From the NCBI GenBank assembly GCA_035911475.1, contig JAMHVM010000125.1, positions 18,504 through 82,503 on the forward strand: a stretch of DNA of 64,000 nt, given 5' to 3'. A model generated the notes under the pieces. The model was given only the letters and a program-made list of their open reading frames with translations. It was not told the origin of the DNA and did no database searches. The translations under genes were made by a program, and so were the position numbers. Below are positions 44,349 through 54,146 of the stretch, piece by piece. Origin of the DNA: Lysobacterales bacterium (GTDB lineage Bacteria; Pseudomonadota; Gammaproteobacteria; Xanthomonadales; UBA2363). Each line of letters starts with the position of its first letter. Position 1 is the stretch's first letter.

Positions 44349-45009
44349 ATGTCCGGCGCCGAGCATGCCTATCGGCGCGCGCTGGAGCTGCGTCCGCACT
44401 ACGCTTCGGCGCAGCAGTGGCTGGGTTGCCTGTACTGCATCCAGGGCCATTTCGAGTAGGCGCTCGCGCAGATCGACATCGCCCAGAATCTGTAACCGGC
44501 GGCGTCGCATTACGGCGCGATCCGCGGCATGTTCCTGGCCTATGAGGGACGCCACGACGAGGCCATCGACCAGCTCCTGCGGACCTTGACGATCGCGCCG
44601 CAGCTGTCCATGGCCCGGACCTATCTGGTCATGGCCTACCGGCGCCGTGGCGACCTCGATCTGGCGGGAGAGCACGCGCGCGAGGTCACCTCGCCGGCGC
44701 CGGGAAGCCACGGCTACTTCGGTCAGACCCTGGCGCTGTCCGGGCGTCGCGACGAAGCCAGGCCGAGGTCGAACGCCTGATCGAATCGTCGCGGAAGCGC
44801 AACTTGTCGACTTATGGCATCGCCTCGATCTACGGGCCCTCGGCCAGACCGGGAACGCACTGACTTGTCTGGAGCGCGCCTTCGACGAAGGCACGCGACC
44901 GGTCGACTGGCTGCCCTGGGACCGCGCCTTCGACAGCGTCCGCAATGATCCGCGCTACGCGCGATTGACGGTGATGCTGCCTGTTCTCGACAGCCCTCCC
45001 AGGCACTAG
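44349..45009 (+). pseudogene. Decayed fragment of the TPR C-terminus of a TolB/TPR-type regulator
   Basis: Continuous TPR-like reading (AYRRALELRPHYASAQQWLG...AEVERL...YGIASIY..LGQTGNALTCLERAF...FDSVRNDPRY) broken by in-frame TAG 44457, TAA 44493 and frameshifts near 44762 and 44836; N-terminal part absent. Confidence 0.75.
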
Positions 45010-45067
45010 CCAAACAGCGTTGGCCGACAACGTTGCGGATGACCGGTGACGTTATCGTTCGGCGCGC

Positions 45068-45514
45068 TCAGGGACAGGGGTTGAAGGTGAAGTAGAGATC
45101 GGCCAGAACGTGCTGCATGCGAATCTTGCCGGTATCCAGGTTCTTGGCCAGGAAAACCACCGTCTGGTTGTTGGGAATCACGCCGCATTGGATTCGTCGA
45201 ACCGGATGGAATGGTGCTCCTTGGTTGAACCCGAACATCGAGCTGGGATCTACGGTCACGGTGAACAACCTGCGCCAAACCTGATTTACGCCACCGGTCC
45301 CGTTGGGCTCATTGAAGAGACTGATCTCGACCTTGCTGCCCGGTTTCCAGCCCGATCCGGTCGGCAGATAACCCTGTACCCGGTTCTGATGGGTGACACT
45401 GACGAAAAAGTTCGAATCGCTGTCATCGTAGTTCGTGCGCTTCACCGGACAACCGGCCAGCGTGATCATCATTGGCAGGCAGATCAGGGCGGGCAGGATG
45501 CGTTTGACGTTCAT
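45068..45514 (-). CDS. Hypothetical lipoprotein
   Basis: RBS AGGAGG, lipobox LAG-C after a hydrophobic stretch; visibly lower GC than flanking genes. Confidence 0.8.
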   Translation of the reverse strand: MNVKRILPALICLPMMITLAGCPVKRTNYDDSDSNFFVSVTHQNRVQGYLPTGSGWKPGSKVEISLFNEPNGTGGVNQVWRRLFTVTVDPSSMFGFNQGAPFHPVRRIQCGVIPNNQTVVFLAKNLDTGKIRMQHVLADLYFTFNPCP

Positions 45515-45589
45515 GATTTCCTCCTTGGTCAAGGTCGGACACAGGGACTTCCAGGCTGAAAGCGAGCAGGCTTATCGACAGCGCGGCCT

Positions 45590-48169
45590 TCACTCGAAGC
45601 CGTCGGCGAACAGCACGTCGCCGATGTGGAACAGACGAACCGATTGGATCAGCGAGGTGGAGCCACTGATGAATCCGCTGCTGGCCTGGCCCCGGGCGCG
45701 CACCAGGACATTGCCGTTGCGCGGCAAGCTCAGACCGGTCAGTTCCCAGCCGCCATCGATGCGGGAGGCGATGCCAAGCGAGGTCCAGTTGCCGCCATCG
45801 TCCAGCGACTGTTCAAACCAGACGTGTTGCAGTTGCGGGCCGGGACCGGCGCGCAGCCAGCGCAGGCTGGTGTGGTCAGCTGCGAGATGCAGTGACTGCA
45901 GCGTCGCTTCGGGTGTTCCGAATCGCGCCATGCGAGTACGTGTCCGGCCATCGATCTCGGTGAACTCGCCGCCGATCAACACCTTGCCGTCGGGCTGCAC
46001 CGTCAGGCCCAGAACGATGCCGCCAGCATGCGCGTCGAAGCCGGTATCGGCGCTGCCATCGGGATTCAAGCGGGCCAGGGCTATGCGCATCTGTCCGCCG
46101 ATTTGATTGAACCCGCCGGAGACCAGTACCTTGCTGTCCGATTGCATGGCCAGGCTGACCACCGTTTCGTTGGGATTGGGATCGAATGCGGTGTCTACCG
46201 AGCCGTTTGGATTCAACCGGGCAATCTGGTTGCGAATTTGCTCACCGATCAGCGTGAACTGGCCACCAATTAATATTTTTCCGTCCGGCTGCGAGGCCAG
46301 GGCACTGACCAGCCCATTGGCCCTGGCGGTGAACCCGGTATCCAGACTGCCGTTCGCGTTCAGTCGTGCGATGTGGTTTTGCTCATACTCGCCGAGCAGG
46401 GCGAAGTGGCCAGCGATCAGCACCTTGCCGTCCGGTTGCAGAGCGACGCCATAGACGATGGTGTCGGCAATGACCGCGAAGTCGGCGTTGACGGTGAACC
46501 CGGTATCGATCGTTCCGTTCGGATTCAATCGTGCGACGTAGCTGCGTGATTGGCCACCGATCTGCGTGAACGCACCGCTAACCAGTATCTTGCCGTCTGG
46601 CTGCACCGCCAGGCCGGTGACCAGCGCATTGGGCGAGGGACCGAAACCAGTGTCGAGACTGCCATCCGGGTTCAGCCGGGCCAGGTTCATACGCGTCTGC
46701 ACGCCGACGTGCGTGAACTCTCCGGCAACCAGGATCTTGCCATCCGACAGAATCGCCAACGCGTACACATAGCCGTTGATATTGGGATTGAATCCGCCGT
46801 CGAGGCTGCCGTCCGGATTCAGCCGTGCCAGTCGGTGGCGCGCTTGCCCATCGATCTGAGTGAAGCGACCGCCGACCAGCACCTTGCCGTCGGGCTGCAT
46901 GGCGAAGCTCGTCACCAGGTCGTTCGCGCCCGAATTGAAATCGACATCAAGACCGCCATCGGGATGGAATCGTGCGACGCGACCGCGTACATGGCCGCCG
47001 ACGTGGGTGAAGAACCCGCCCGCCATCAGGCGCCCATCGGGTTGTTGCGCGAGCGCATAGATGTCCCAGCCGCCACCGGTCACCGTCGGCGGGACAAAAC
47101 TGGAATCGACACTGCCATCCAGGCGCAGCCGGGCGATGCGGCCGCGAGACACCCCGCCGATCAGGGTGAACCCACCGGCGACCACGATCCGTCCATCGGG
47201 CTGCACATGGATTGCCAGCACCCAGTGATCGGCGCCGGGATTGAATTCGGAATCGAGACTGCCGTCGGCATCAAGCCGCGCGATGCGGTCACGCATCTGC
47301 CCCGCGACGTTGGTGAAATCACCGCCGATCACGATGCGCTGGTCGGTCTGCGCTGCCACGCTGAGCACGCGGCCATTGGTGACCGGGTTGAAGCCGGTGT
47401 CGAGACTGCCGTTGGCGTTGAGCCTGGCGATACCGGCGCGCGGTTGCCCAGCCACGGCGGTGAACAGGCCGTGGATCAACAGGCGCCCGTCGGCCTGCGC
47501 GATCAAGTTGTACACCCAGTCGTTGGCATCCGGATTGAAGGCGGGATCGAGGCTGCCGTCGGGGTTGAGACGGGCAAGCCGATGGCGGGTCTGACCGGCG
47601 ACGCTGGTGAACAGGCCGCTGAACACGACGCGGCCATCGGCTTGCAGGACCAGGCTATGGACCTGATCGTTGATGCTGGGGTTGAAACCGGTGTCGAGGC
47701 CGCCGTTGGCCTGCAGCCGGGCGATGCGGTTGCGGGTGGCGCCGGCCACCGAGGTGAAGCTGCCGCCGATGACGATCCGGCCGTCAGTCTGCACGGCGAT
47801 GGCGATCACGGCGCCGTCGTCGATCACCGCGTTGAAGCCGGTGTCGAGGCTGCCGTCGGCGTGCAGGCGCACCAGTCCACGTCGGGCCACGCCGGCGATC
47901 TGGGTGAAGTAGCCACCGACCAGCAGCTTGCCGTCGGGCTGCACGGCCAGCGTGCGCACGCCGTCGTTGGCGTTGGGGTTGAAGCCGTCGGCGGCACTTT
48001 GCGCGAACGCGTCGGCCAGCGGCGCGATCGCTGCGAGCAGGATCGCCAGCCACCTGCCGACAGAGCTTCGAGCGTAGGCAAGTCCCGACAACGACCGGAT
48101 GGAAGATGCCGGTCGCTTGCTGGTGCTGGTGCTGGTGCTGGTCATGGCGGTGGCTGCGATTGTCCGCAT
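45590..48169 (-). CDS. Secreted delta-60 repeat protein (14 repeats) with C-terminal domain and DVLFADGFE tail
   Basis: 14 copies of DTGF..N..V..LA.Q.DGK.L.GG.FT...G..R..IARL..DGSL; signal-peptide-like segment WLAILLAAIAPLADAFA-Q; the ORF extension to 48490 overlaps the upstream gene and is rejected. Confidence 0.9.
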   Translation of the reverse strand: MRTIAATAMTSTSTSTSKRPASSIRSLSGLAYARSSVGRWLAILLAAIAPLADAFAQSAADGFNPNANDGVRTLAVQPDGKLLVGGYFTQIAGVARRGLVRLHADGSLDTGFNAVIDDGAVIAIAVQTDGRIVIGGSFTSVAGATRNRIARLQANGGLDTGFNPSINDQVHSLVLQADGRVVFSGLFTSVAGQTRHRLARLNPDGSLDPAFNPDANDWVYNLIAQADGRLLIHGLFTAVAGQPRAGIARLNANGSLDTGFNPVTNGRVLSVAAQTDQRIVIGGDFTNVAGQMRDRIARLDADGSLDSEFNPGADHWVLAIHVQPDGRIVVAGGFTLIGGVSRGRIARLRLDGSVDSSFVPPTVTGGGWDIYALAQQPDGRLMAGGFFTHVGGHVRGRVARFHPDGGLDVDFNSGANDLVTSFAMQPDGKVLVGGRFTQIDGQARHRLARLNPDGSLDGGFNPNINGYVYALAILSDGKILVAGEFTHVGVQTRMNLARLNPDGSLDTGFGPSPNALVTGLAVQPDGKILVSGAFTQIGGQSRSYVARLNPNGTIDTGFTVNADFAVIADTIVYGVALQPDGKVLIAGHFALLGEYEQNHIARLNANGSLDTGFTARANGLVSALASQPDGKILIGGQFTLIGEQIRNQIARLNPNGSVDTAFDPNPNETVVSLAMQSDSKVLVSGGFNQIGGQMRIALARLNPDGSADTGFDAHAGGIVLGLTVQPDGKVLIGGEFTEIDGRTRTRMARFGTPEATLQSLHLAADHTSLRWLRAGPGPQLQHVWFEQSLDDGGNWTSLGIASRIDGGWELTGLSLPRNGNVLVRARGQASSGFISGSTSLIQSVRLFHIGDVLFADGFE

Positions 48170-48180
48170 GGGTTCAGTAC

Positions 48181-50730
48181 TCACTCGAAGCCGTCGGCGA
48201 ACAGCCGGTCGTTGCCATGCACCAGCAGTGTGCTGGCGGCCGCGCCGCCGGAGCCGTTGAACAAACCCGCCGCGGTGGTGCCGTGTGCGCGCAGCCAGTG
48301 CATCTGTCCAGCCGGTGGCGGTGCCACCGCGGTGGCCCGCCAGCCGTCGTCGCTGCGCGCGAAATCGGTTACGGTCTGAAACGACACACCGTCGACGGAA
48401 CGCTGCAGTACCGGGGTGGCGGTCAACTCCGGGCCGGAGCCGCCTCGGCGCCAGCGAACGCTTGCGCCATCCATGGTCAACGACTGCCACGCTGCTTCGG
48501 GGCCGGCGAGCCGCGCAAGGCCGTCCAGTAGATAACCGTCGACAACAACAAAGTAGCCGCCAACGACGATCCGGCCGTCAGTCTGCAGCGCGACGGTGAT
48601 GATCGGTTGATCGATGGGAAGGTTCAGGGCGGGATCGACATCGCCATCCGCGGAGAGCCGGACCAGACGGGTCCGCGGTGTTTCGTTGATCTCGGTGAAT
48701 GCCCCGACGACAACGATCTGCCCGTCGGCGCGCAGCGCGATGCTCATCGGCGGGCCGTTTGCGGTCGGCGCGAAGCTTGCGTCGAGACTTCCGTCCGGCA
48801 GCAGTCGCGCCAGGCGCTGACGCGCTTCACCGGCAACGCTCTGGAAGTCTCCGCCAATCACGATCCGGCCATCGACCTGGACGGCCACGGCGTTGACCTG
48901 CGAATCCGGATCGGCCGAAAAGCCTTCGTCCAGCGAACCGTCCGGCAGCAGGCGCGCGATCAGGCTGCGCGGTTGTCCGGCGATGCTGCTGAACCAGCCG
49001 ACCACCAGGATGCGGCCGTCGGGCTGGATCGCGAAGCCGGTGACGATGTTGTTGGCCTGCGCCGGGAAGCTGGAATCCACCGTGCCATCGTCATTCAGGC
49101 GGGCCAGCCGCTCGTGCGCTTGTCCTGACAGGGTGTTGAAGGCACCGCCGATCAGGATCCGGCCATCGGCCTGCACTGCCAGCGCGCGCACCACGCTGTT
49201 GGGCGCGGGATCGAAGCTCATGTCGAGCGCGCCATCGGGCAACAGGCGGGCGAGATACCTGCGGTCGACAGCGCCGATACGGGTGAAATCGCCGCCGACC
49301 AGGATGCGGCCGAGGGCATCGATGGCGAGCGCCTGGACGTGGCCGTTGGCGTTCGGTGCGAAGTCGGCATCGAGCCTGCCGTCGCCACGCAGGCGGGCAA
49401 TGGCGCCGCGCGGCTCTCCGCTGATCTGGGTGAACTCGCCACCGACCACGAGCTTGCCGTCCGCTTGCACGACGGTGGTGAGCACGGCGCCATTGCCGGC
49501 TGCCCGGAACAGGGTGTTGTCGAGCGTTCCATCGGCATTGAACCGCAGCAACCGGTTGTGGATGGTCAGCGGGTTGAAGCTGGAGGCCAGCACCCGACCG
49601 TCCGATTGCAGGCGCAAAGCCTGCACCGATGAACCCTCGGCCAGGAACGGTACGACAAAGGCATCCGCCAGCGTGCCGTCCAGCTGCAATCGCGCCACCC
49701 GGTTGCGTGGCTGGCCATCGATCATGGTGAATGCACCGCCGGCCAGGATTCGCCCGTCCGGTTGCAAGACCAGGTTGTGCACTCTGTCGTTCGCGCCGGG
49801 ATCGAACGCGCTGTCGAGACTGCCATCGGGGTGCAGGCGCGCCAGCCGGCCGCGCGGCTGGATGCCGATGGCGGTGAAAGCGCCGCCGATCACGATGCTT
49901 TCGTCCCCCTGCACCGCCAGTGCATGCACGTTGCCGTTGGGCTGAGGATTGAAGCTGGTATCGAGGCTGCCGTCGGGATGCAGGCGCGCCAGATGATTGC
50001 GTGGCTGGCCGCCGACACCGTGGAAATTGCCGCCGATCAGGATGCGGCCGTCGTTCTGGACCACCAGGGTTTCGACCGCAACCGTGCCGGCGGTGACGAT
50101 GATGCCGGGATCGAAGCTGGTGTCGATGCTGCCATCGGCATGGAGGCGCGCCAGGCCGACGCCGAGCTGGCCCTGGGTGTTGGAGCCGCCAGCGACCAGC
50201 AGGCGGCCATCGGGCAGCACGACGATGGCACGCACCGTCTGCAGACGATGTTGGCCGGGCACGAAGTCGGGATCGACGCTGCCATCAGGCAACAGGCGAA
50301 CCAGTCGATGCAGTGTCGCCTGACCGGCGAAGCTGGTGAAGAATCCACCGACCACGATGCGCCCGTCCGGTTGCACGGCCAGGGCGCGGATCTGGGCGCC
50401 GCTGCCGGCGGCGCCGGCGCCGGCATCGAAGCTCGTATCGACACTGCCATTGACATGCAGTCGGGCGATGCGGTTGCTGCTCTGGCCGGCGATGGTGGTG
50501 AAGGTGCCGGCGACCAGCAGCTTGCCGTCGGCCTGCTCGGCCAGCGCCCAGGTCACGCCGTTCGGTGCCGGGTTGAAGCCGGTGTCGACGATCTGGGCGG
50601 TTGTGGTCGTCACGGCGCCGAGGCAGCCGACCATCAACGCCAGCAGACCCAGGCATGTCTGCCACGCGCGCGCAGGAATCCATCCGTTGATCGACGGCAA
50701 GAAACGCCGTTCCGGGCAAGCGGTGTTCAC
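48181..50730 (-). CDS. Secreted delta-60 repeat protein (14 repeats), paralog of the downstream gene, DRLFADGFE tail
   Basis: 14 delta-60 repeats counted in the translation; RBS GGAGG before GTG 50730; same C-terminal QSL...RW.R.G.GP.L domain. Confidence 0.9.
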   Translation of the reverse strand: MNTACPERRFLPSINGWIPARAWQTCLGLLALMVGCLGAVTTTTAQIVDTGFNPAPNGVTWALAEQADGKLLVAGTFTTIAGQSSNRIARLHVNGSVDTSFDAGAGAAGSGAQIRALAVQPDGRIVVGGFFTSFAGQATLHRLVRLLPDGSVDPDFVPGQHRLQTVRAIVVLPDGRLLVAGGSNTQGQLGVGLARLHADGSIDTSFDPGIIVTAGTVAVETLVVQNDGRILIGGNFHGVGGQPRNHLARLHPDGSLDTSFNPQPNGNVHALAVQGDESIVIGGAFTAIGIQPRGRLARLHPDGSLDSAFDPGANDRVHNLVLQPDGRILAGGAFTMIDGQPRNRVARLQLDGTLADAFVVPFLAEGSSVQALRLQSDGRVLASSFNPLTIHNRLLRFNADGTLDNTLFRAAGNGAVLTTVVQADGKLVVGGEFTQISGEPRGAIARLRGDGRLDADFAPNANGHVQALAIDALGRILVGGDFTRIGAVDRRYLARLLPDGALDMSFDPAPNSVVRALAVQADGRILIGGAFNTLSGQAHERLARLNDDGTVDSSFPAQANNIVTGFAIQPDGRILVVGWFSSIAGQPRSLIARLLPDGSLDEGFSADPDSQVNAVAVQVDGRIVIGGDFQSVAGEARQRLARLLPDGSLDASFAPTANGPPMSIALRADGQIVVVGAFTEINETPRTRLVRLSADGDVDPALNLPIDQPIITVALQTDGRIVVGGYFVVVDGYLLDGLARLAGPEAAWQSLTMDGASVRWRRGGSGPELTATPVLQRSVDGVSFQTVTDFARSDDGWRATAVAPPPAGQMHWLRAHGTTAAGLFNGSGGAAASTLLVHGNDRLFADGFE

Positions 50731-50760
50731 GATTGCACCTCCGTTGCTGTCTGGCATGGC

Positions 50761-51195
50761 TCAGTCGCCCTCGGGATCGGGCGTGCAGGTGTCGGCGATG
50801 CGACGCCCGGTCATGGTTGAAGGAATTTCCTCACCGGCAGCCGTGATCAGGACCTTTCCGATGAAGCCATCGGCAGTGAAGGTCATCTCGGATTTCGCGG
50901 AGCCTTCGTCGCAGTCGCTTTCCCAGGTCACGGTATTGCCGCGGGTGACCGGCTCGGAGAACGAGCAACTGTCGTCGTCGTTCATCTGTTCGCGGATCAG
51001 TGCGATGAAATCGACGACGTGCTCCGGTGTCAGGCAGTCGGTCTGGCTCATCGTCAACGGCGAAGGTGCGCCGGGCATCGCCATTTCCATGGTCATCTCG
51101 TACAGGCCCGGTTTCAGCGAGAACTGCGCCAAGGCCGGCGCGGCGAGTGCCCCTGCAGCAACGGCAACGGCAATGCGGAGGAACCAGCAGGCCAT
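50761..51195 (-). CDS. DUF3617-like secreted protein
   Basis: Signal peptide, LKPGLYEMT, C-L-T-P, CSF...VTWESDC, MTGRRIADTC; RBS AGGAG. Confidence 0.8.
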   Translation of the reverse strand: MACWFLRIAVAVAAGALAAPALAQFSLKPGLYEMTMEMAMPGAPSPLTMSQTDCLTPEHVVDFIALIREQMNDDDSCSFSEPVTRGNTVTWESDCDEGSAKSEMTFTADGFIGKVLITAAGEEIPSTMTGRRIADTCTPDPEGD

Positions 51196-51251
51196 GGCAA
51201 TGCTCCTGATGCGGGATGGATGAACGGGAGACCTGCAATGCAGGCGTGGAA

Positions 51252-52352
51252 TCACTGACCGGCGACCTTGCCCATGATGAAACTGGGTATCGTCATCGAG
51301 GTCTGCAGCGAGCCGCCCGGCCCGGTGCGCACCACGCCGACACCACTGGGAATGACACCGGCCTCGACCATCGGTGTGCCGCCGTTGTTGGCGATCTGAA
51401 GTTGTCCGCCGTTCTCGCCTTCGGTGAGCGCGGCAACGGTTTCTATTGTGTCGGCGCTGATGATGTTGACGACACCCTTTCCGGCTGAGCTCACGGACAC
51501 GGTGGCCCGCGGCATGCCCCCACTGTCCTTGACGAGTACGGCGGCGCCTTCCGAATTGCCTTGAATCTCGACGCCGCCGTCGTGGCCAGAGCTGTTGGCG
51601 TAGACGGCACCATCGCCAAGCCTGTCGATTCCGATGGCTGCCAGTTGCTTGCCCTCTGCGTTGTTGAAACGCAGGGCCGTGGTTCGGCCGTCGCTGGCAC
51701 CCAGTTCGACCGACGTCGTGCCGTCGTCGTGCGAGAACGTCAGGCTGGGTTCGCCGCCGGGACTAGCCGTCAGCATGAAGGCGTTGTTCTCGGGAGACAT
51801 GTTGCCCACCAGGAAGGCGCCATTGTCTGCAGCCGCCACCGCGACCTGTGGCCCGCCGTGTCTTCCCAGGGACAGGCCACCGCCATCGAATCCTTCGATT
51901 TCCACCACCGGCGTGCCGCCGCGCAGCAATTGGATCCGTCCACCGTCCGCAGGCGCGCCTATGGCGACAACCGCTTGTCCGCCGCTGAGGATCTGCAGAC
52001 CGCGCGCCTGGTCACCTTCGTCGTCGTTCACCCGCAAGATCACGGTGCCCTGCTTGTCCACCACCTCGAACGGCGCTTTGATTCGCGTCGTCTCCGCCGC
52101 CTTGTCTTCTTGCTCATCCTCGGCAGGCTCTTCCTCCGGCTCTTCGGGTTGCCACACGCTCAGACGCAGCTCGCGTTCGCCGCCCTGACAGTGCATGGCG
52201 CCGGCATCACGGATGCGCATCACGCGATCCTCGTCAACGCAGACGTCAACGAAATCGTCGTCAGCCGTTGCTGCGCCAGTTCCGAGCAGGGAGAGCGCGA
52301 CGGTCGCCGCGAACGCCCAGGGGCTAATCGAAAGTAGTTGTCGGCTGTGCAT
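51252..52352 (-). CDS. Secreted hypothetical protein with tandem Gly-rich beta-strand repeats
   Basis: Signal peptide; small Cys-pair domain (VCVDEDRVMRI...HCQGGERELRL); acidic linker; about 10 repeats of about 17-20 aa (e.g. GQAVVAIGAPADGGRIQL, GKQLAAIGIDRLGDGAVYA). Confidence 0.75.
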   Translation of the reverse strand: MHSRQLLSISPWAFAATVALSLLGTGAATADDDFVDVCVDEDRVMRIRDAGAMHCQGGERELRLSVWQPEEPEEEPAEDEQEDKAAETTRIKAPFEVVDKQGTVILRVNDDEGDQARGLQILSGGQAVVAIGAPADGGRIQLLRGGTPVVEIEGFDGGGLSLGRHGGPQVAVAAADNGAFLVGNMSPENNAFMLTASPGGEPSLTFSHDDGTTSVELGASDGRTTALRFNNAEGKQLAAIGIDRLGDGAVYANSSGHDGGVEIQGNSEGAAVLVKDSGGMPRATVSVSSAGKGVVNIISADTIETVAALTEGENGGQLQIANNGGTPMVEAGVIPSGVGVVRTGPGGSLQTSMTIPSFIMGKVAGQ

Positions 52353-52396
52353 GTCGTGCTCCGATGGCTGTTCAGGGCGTGGCCAATGAAAAGGGG

Positions 52397-53605
52397 TCAT
52401 AGGCAGGCGCGCACCAGTTCCACGCGACGGTTGCGTGCGCGGCCTTCGATGCTGTCGTTGCTTTCGACCGGTCGGCTTTCACCGAAGCCGACGGGGGTCA
52501 GCCGCTCCGCGGCGATGCCGTGTCCGGAGATCAGCGCGCGCTGGACGGCAGCAGCGCGTCGGGTGGACAGGTCCTGGTTGTAGGCGTCGTCGCCGACATC
52601 GTCGGTGTGGCCTTCGATGGTCAGTCGCCAGTCGGGGTGACGCGCGAGCACCTCGGCGATGGCGCGAAGCGCGGGCGCCGACTGCGGTGTCAGCGTGTCG
52701 CGGTTGAAGTCGAAGTAGATGCCCGGCACCTCGACCCGGCAGTCGTTGCCCAGCGAGGTTTCCAGTGCCTGTTCGGCAGCCGGAAAATCGATGCGCACGA
52801 TCTGGCGGACAGCGACCGGCGCTGCATCGGCGCCGCCGCCATCGGGCCCGACGCGCAGCCGCAGGGTGAGCGGGTGCCGTGGATGATTGAGCAGCAGGTG
52901 CTCGGTGAAACGGGACTCGTTGCCGGAGCGGATCGTGCCGGTGGCGCGGGTGACCGGCAGCTCGACGCGCTCGCCGTTGACGATGACCGGAAACCACATT
53001 GTGCCCGAACCGTCCCGTTCCAGCTCGCCGCGATGCCGCGCCAGGCTGCGGAAGTTCTGCAGTGCGTAGCGGGCACGACCGGTGGACAGCAATTCCTGCA
53101 TCACCGCCCGCGACGGGCCCAGCGACGTCGTGCCTTTCACCTCCAGGGGATCGTCGGTGTGGAAGCCCAGCAGCTGGTCGCGACTGCCGTCGAGATCTTC
53201 CTGGCGGATGTGCCGTGGAATGTCGAGCGCCAGCGCTTCGCCGAACTGGTCGCTGGCGTCGGCGCGGGCGCGGGTGTCCAGGCCCTGGTCGTCGACTGCG
53301 GTGACATCGACGACCATCTCGTAGTCGCCCTGGGCGATCTTGCCGAGCGCGCTCGCCGGGGTGTCGCGCGGCGTGTGCACGGCCAGCACGAAGGTGAGGC
53401 CAGTCACCAGTGGAATGTCGCCGGCTTCGATCCGCCGCGGCGTCGTCTCGGCTGCACCCGAACCGGGGCCGCGCGCCAGGGCGGTTGTTGTCACCGCCGC
53501 CTTGGCCTGGTCCATCCCGAGGGGCGCGAAAACCGTTCCGGCCGCGTTTGAGCCGCTCAGGAGTGCCAGCAGCACGACGGGCAACCAGAAAATGCGACTG
53601 GCCAT
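52397..53605 (-). CDS. OmpA-family peptidoglycan-binding domain protein with unrecognised N-terminal domain
   Basis: Signal peptide; C-terminal IYFDFNRD...IEGHTD...NQDLSTRRAAAV...GFGESRPV...GRARNRRVE. Confidence 0.88.
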   Translation of the reverse strand: MASRIFWLPVVLLALLSGSNAAGTVFAPLGMDQAKAAVTTTALARGPGSGAAETTPRRIEAGDIPLVTGLTFVLAVHTPRDTPASALGKIAQGDYEMVVDVTAVDDQGLDTRARADASDQFGEALALDIPRHIRQEDLDGSRDQLLGFHTDDPLEVKGTTSLGPSRAVMQELLSTGRARYALQNFRSLARHRGELERDGSGTMWFPVIVNGERVELPVTRATGTIRSGNESRFTEHLLLNHPRHPLTLRLRVGPDGGGADAAPVAVRQIVRIDFPAAEQALETSLGNDCRVEVPGIYFDFNRDTLTPQSAPALRAIAEVLARHPDWRLTIEGHTDDVGDDAYNQDLSTRRAAAVQRALISGHGIAAERLTPVGFGESRPVESNDSIEGRARNRRVELVRACL

Positions 53606-53688
53606 GGGTCCTCCGAAACGGCGTGCGGAAGCGACGCGGTTGGTCGGTGGACCATGCCGTTGCGTCGTTGCGGCTGTCCTGTGATGCC

Positions 53689-53715
53689 CCTGAAATTCCA
53701 CTGAAACCTCCTGAA
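53689..53715 (-). promoter_or_regulatory. Triple TTCAG direct repeat (10-11 bp period) upstream of the OmpA gene
   Basis: Minus strand reads TTCAGG-AGGT-TTCAGT-GGAAT-TTCAGG, 84 bp upstream of ATG 53605. Confidence 0.45.
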
Positions 53716-54146
53716 TCCCGGTATTTCATGCGCTTGCGCGGACACCACAGCCAGGCGTGATTACGGACCCAGTGGGGTCGCCCGATGCCGGCACGCACGG
53801 GTCGTCGCTGATCTGCGCACCGCGTCGGTGTCACGGTGAGCTGGATCGAAGCGCCGTCGCCTGCGCTGCCGTGATCGGCGACCGGTGCGTCGACGCCGCG
53901 GTCAATGCGAAGAAAGCCAGCGCCGCCTTCGACGTCATCGTCCGATCTCGCGATCACAGCTCCCAGCGACCAACCCGCCGCCGTGCGATCGCCGGATCGA
54001 GCCTGTCCTTCGCCTGCTAACACGCGGTAGCGGCGGCAATCCCGACATGTCATGGATGGATTCGCCGAGCGCCGGCGGTATTTGTCGACAACGCCACCGC
54101 TTGCGCGATGGCCGTCGTATGATCCGGACTCATTCCGGCGCCCGAC

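Noticed and set aside
48119-48142. (ACCAGC)x4 microsatellite near the delta-60 gene start as a contingency locus
   Set aside because: Hexamer unit keeps the frame (STST) and is short; it cannot switch expression by slippage.
45590-50730. CRISPR array or DNA-level repeat array
   Set aside because: Periodicity is from degenerate protein repeats inside intact ORFs; no identical repeats with unique spacers and no cas genes.
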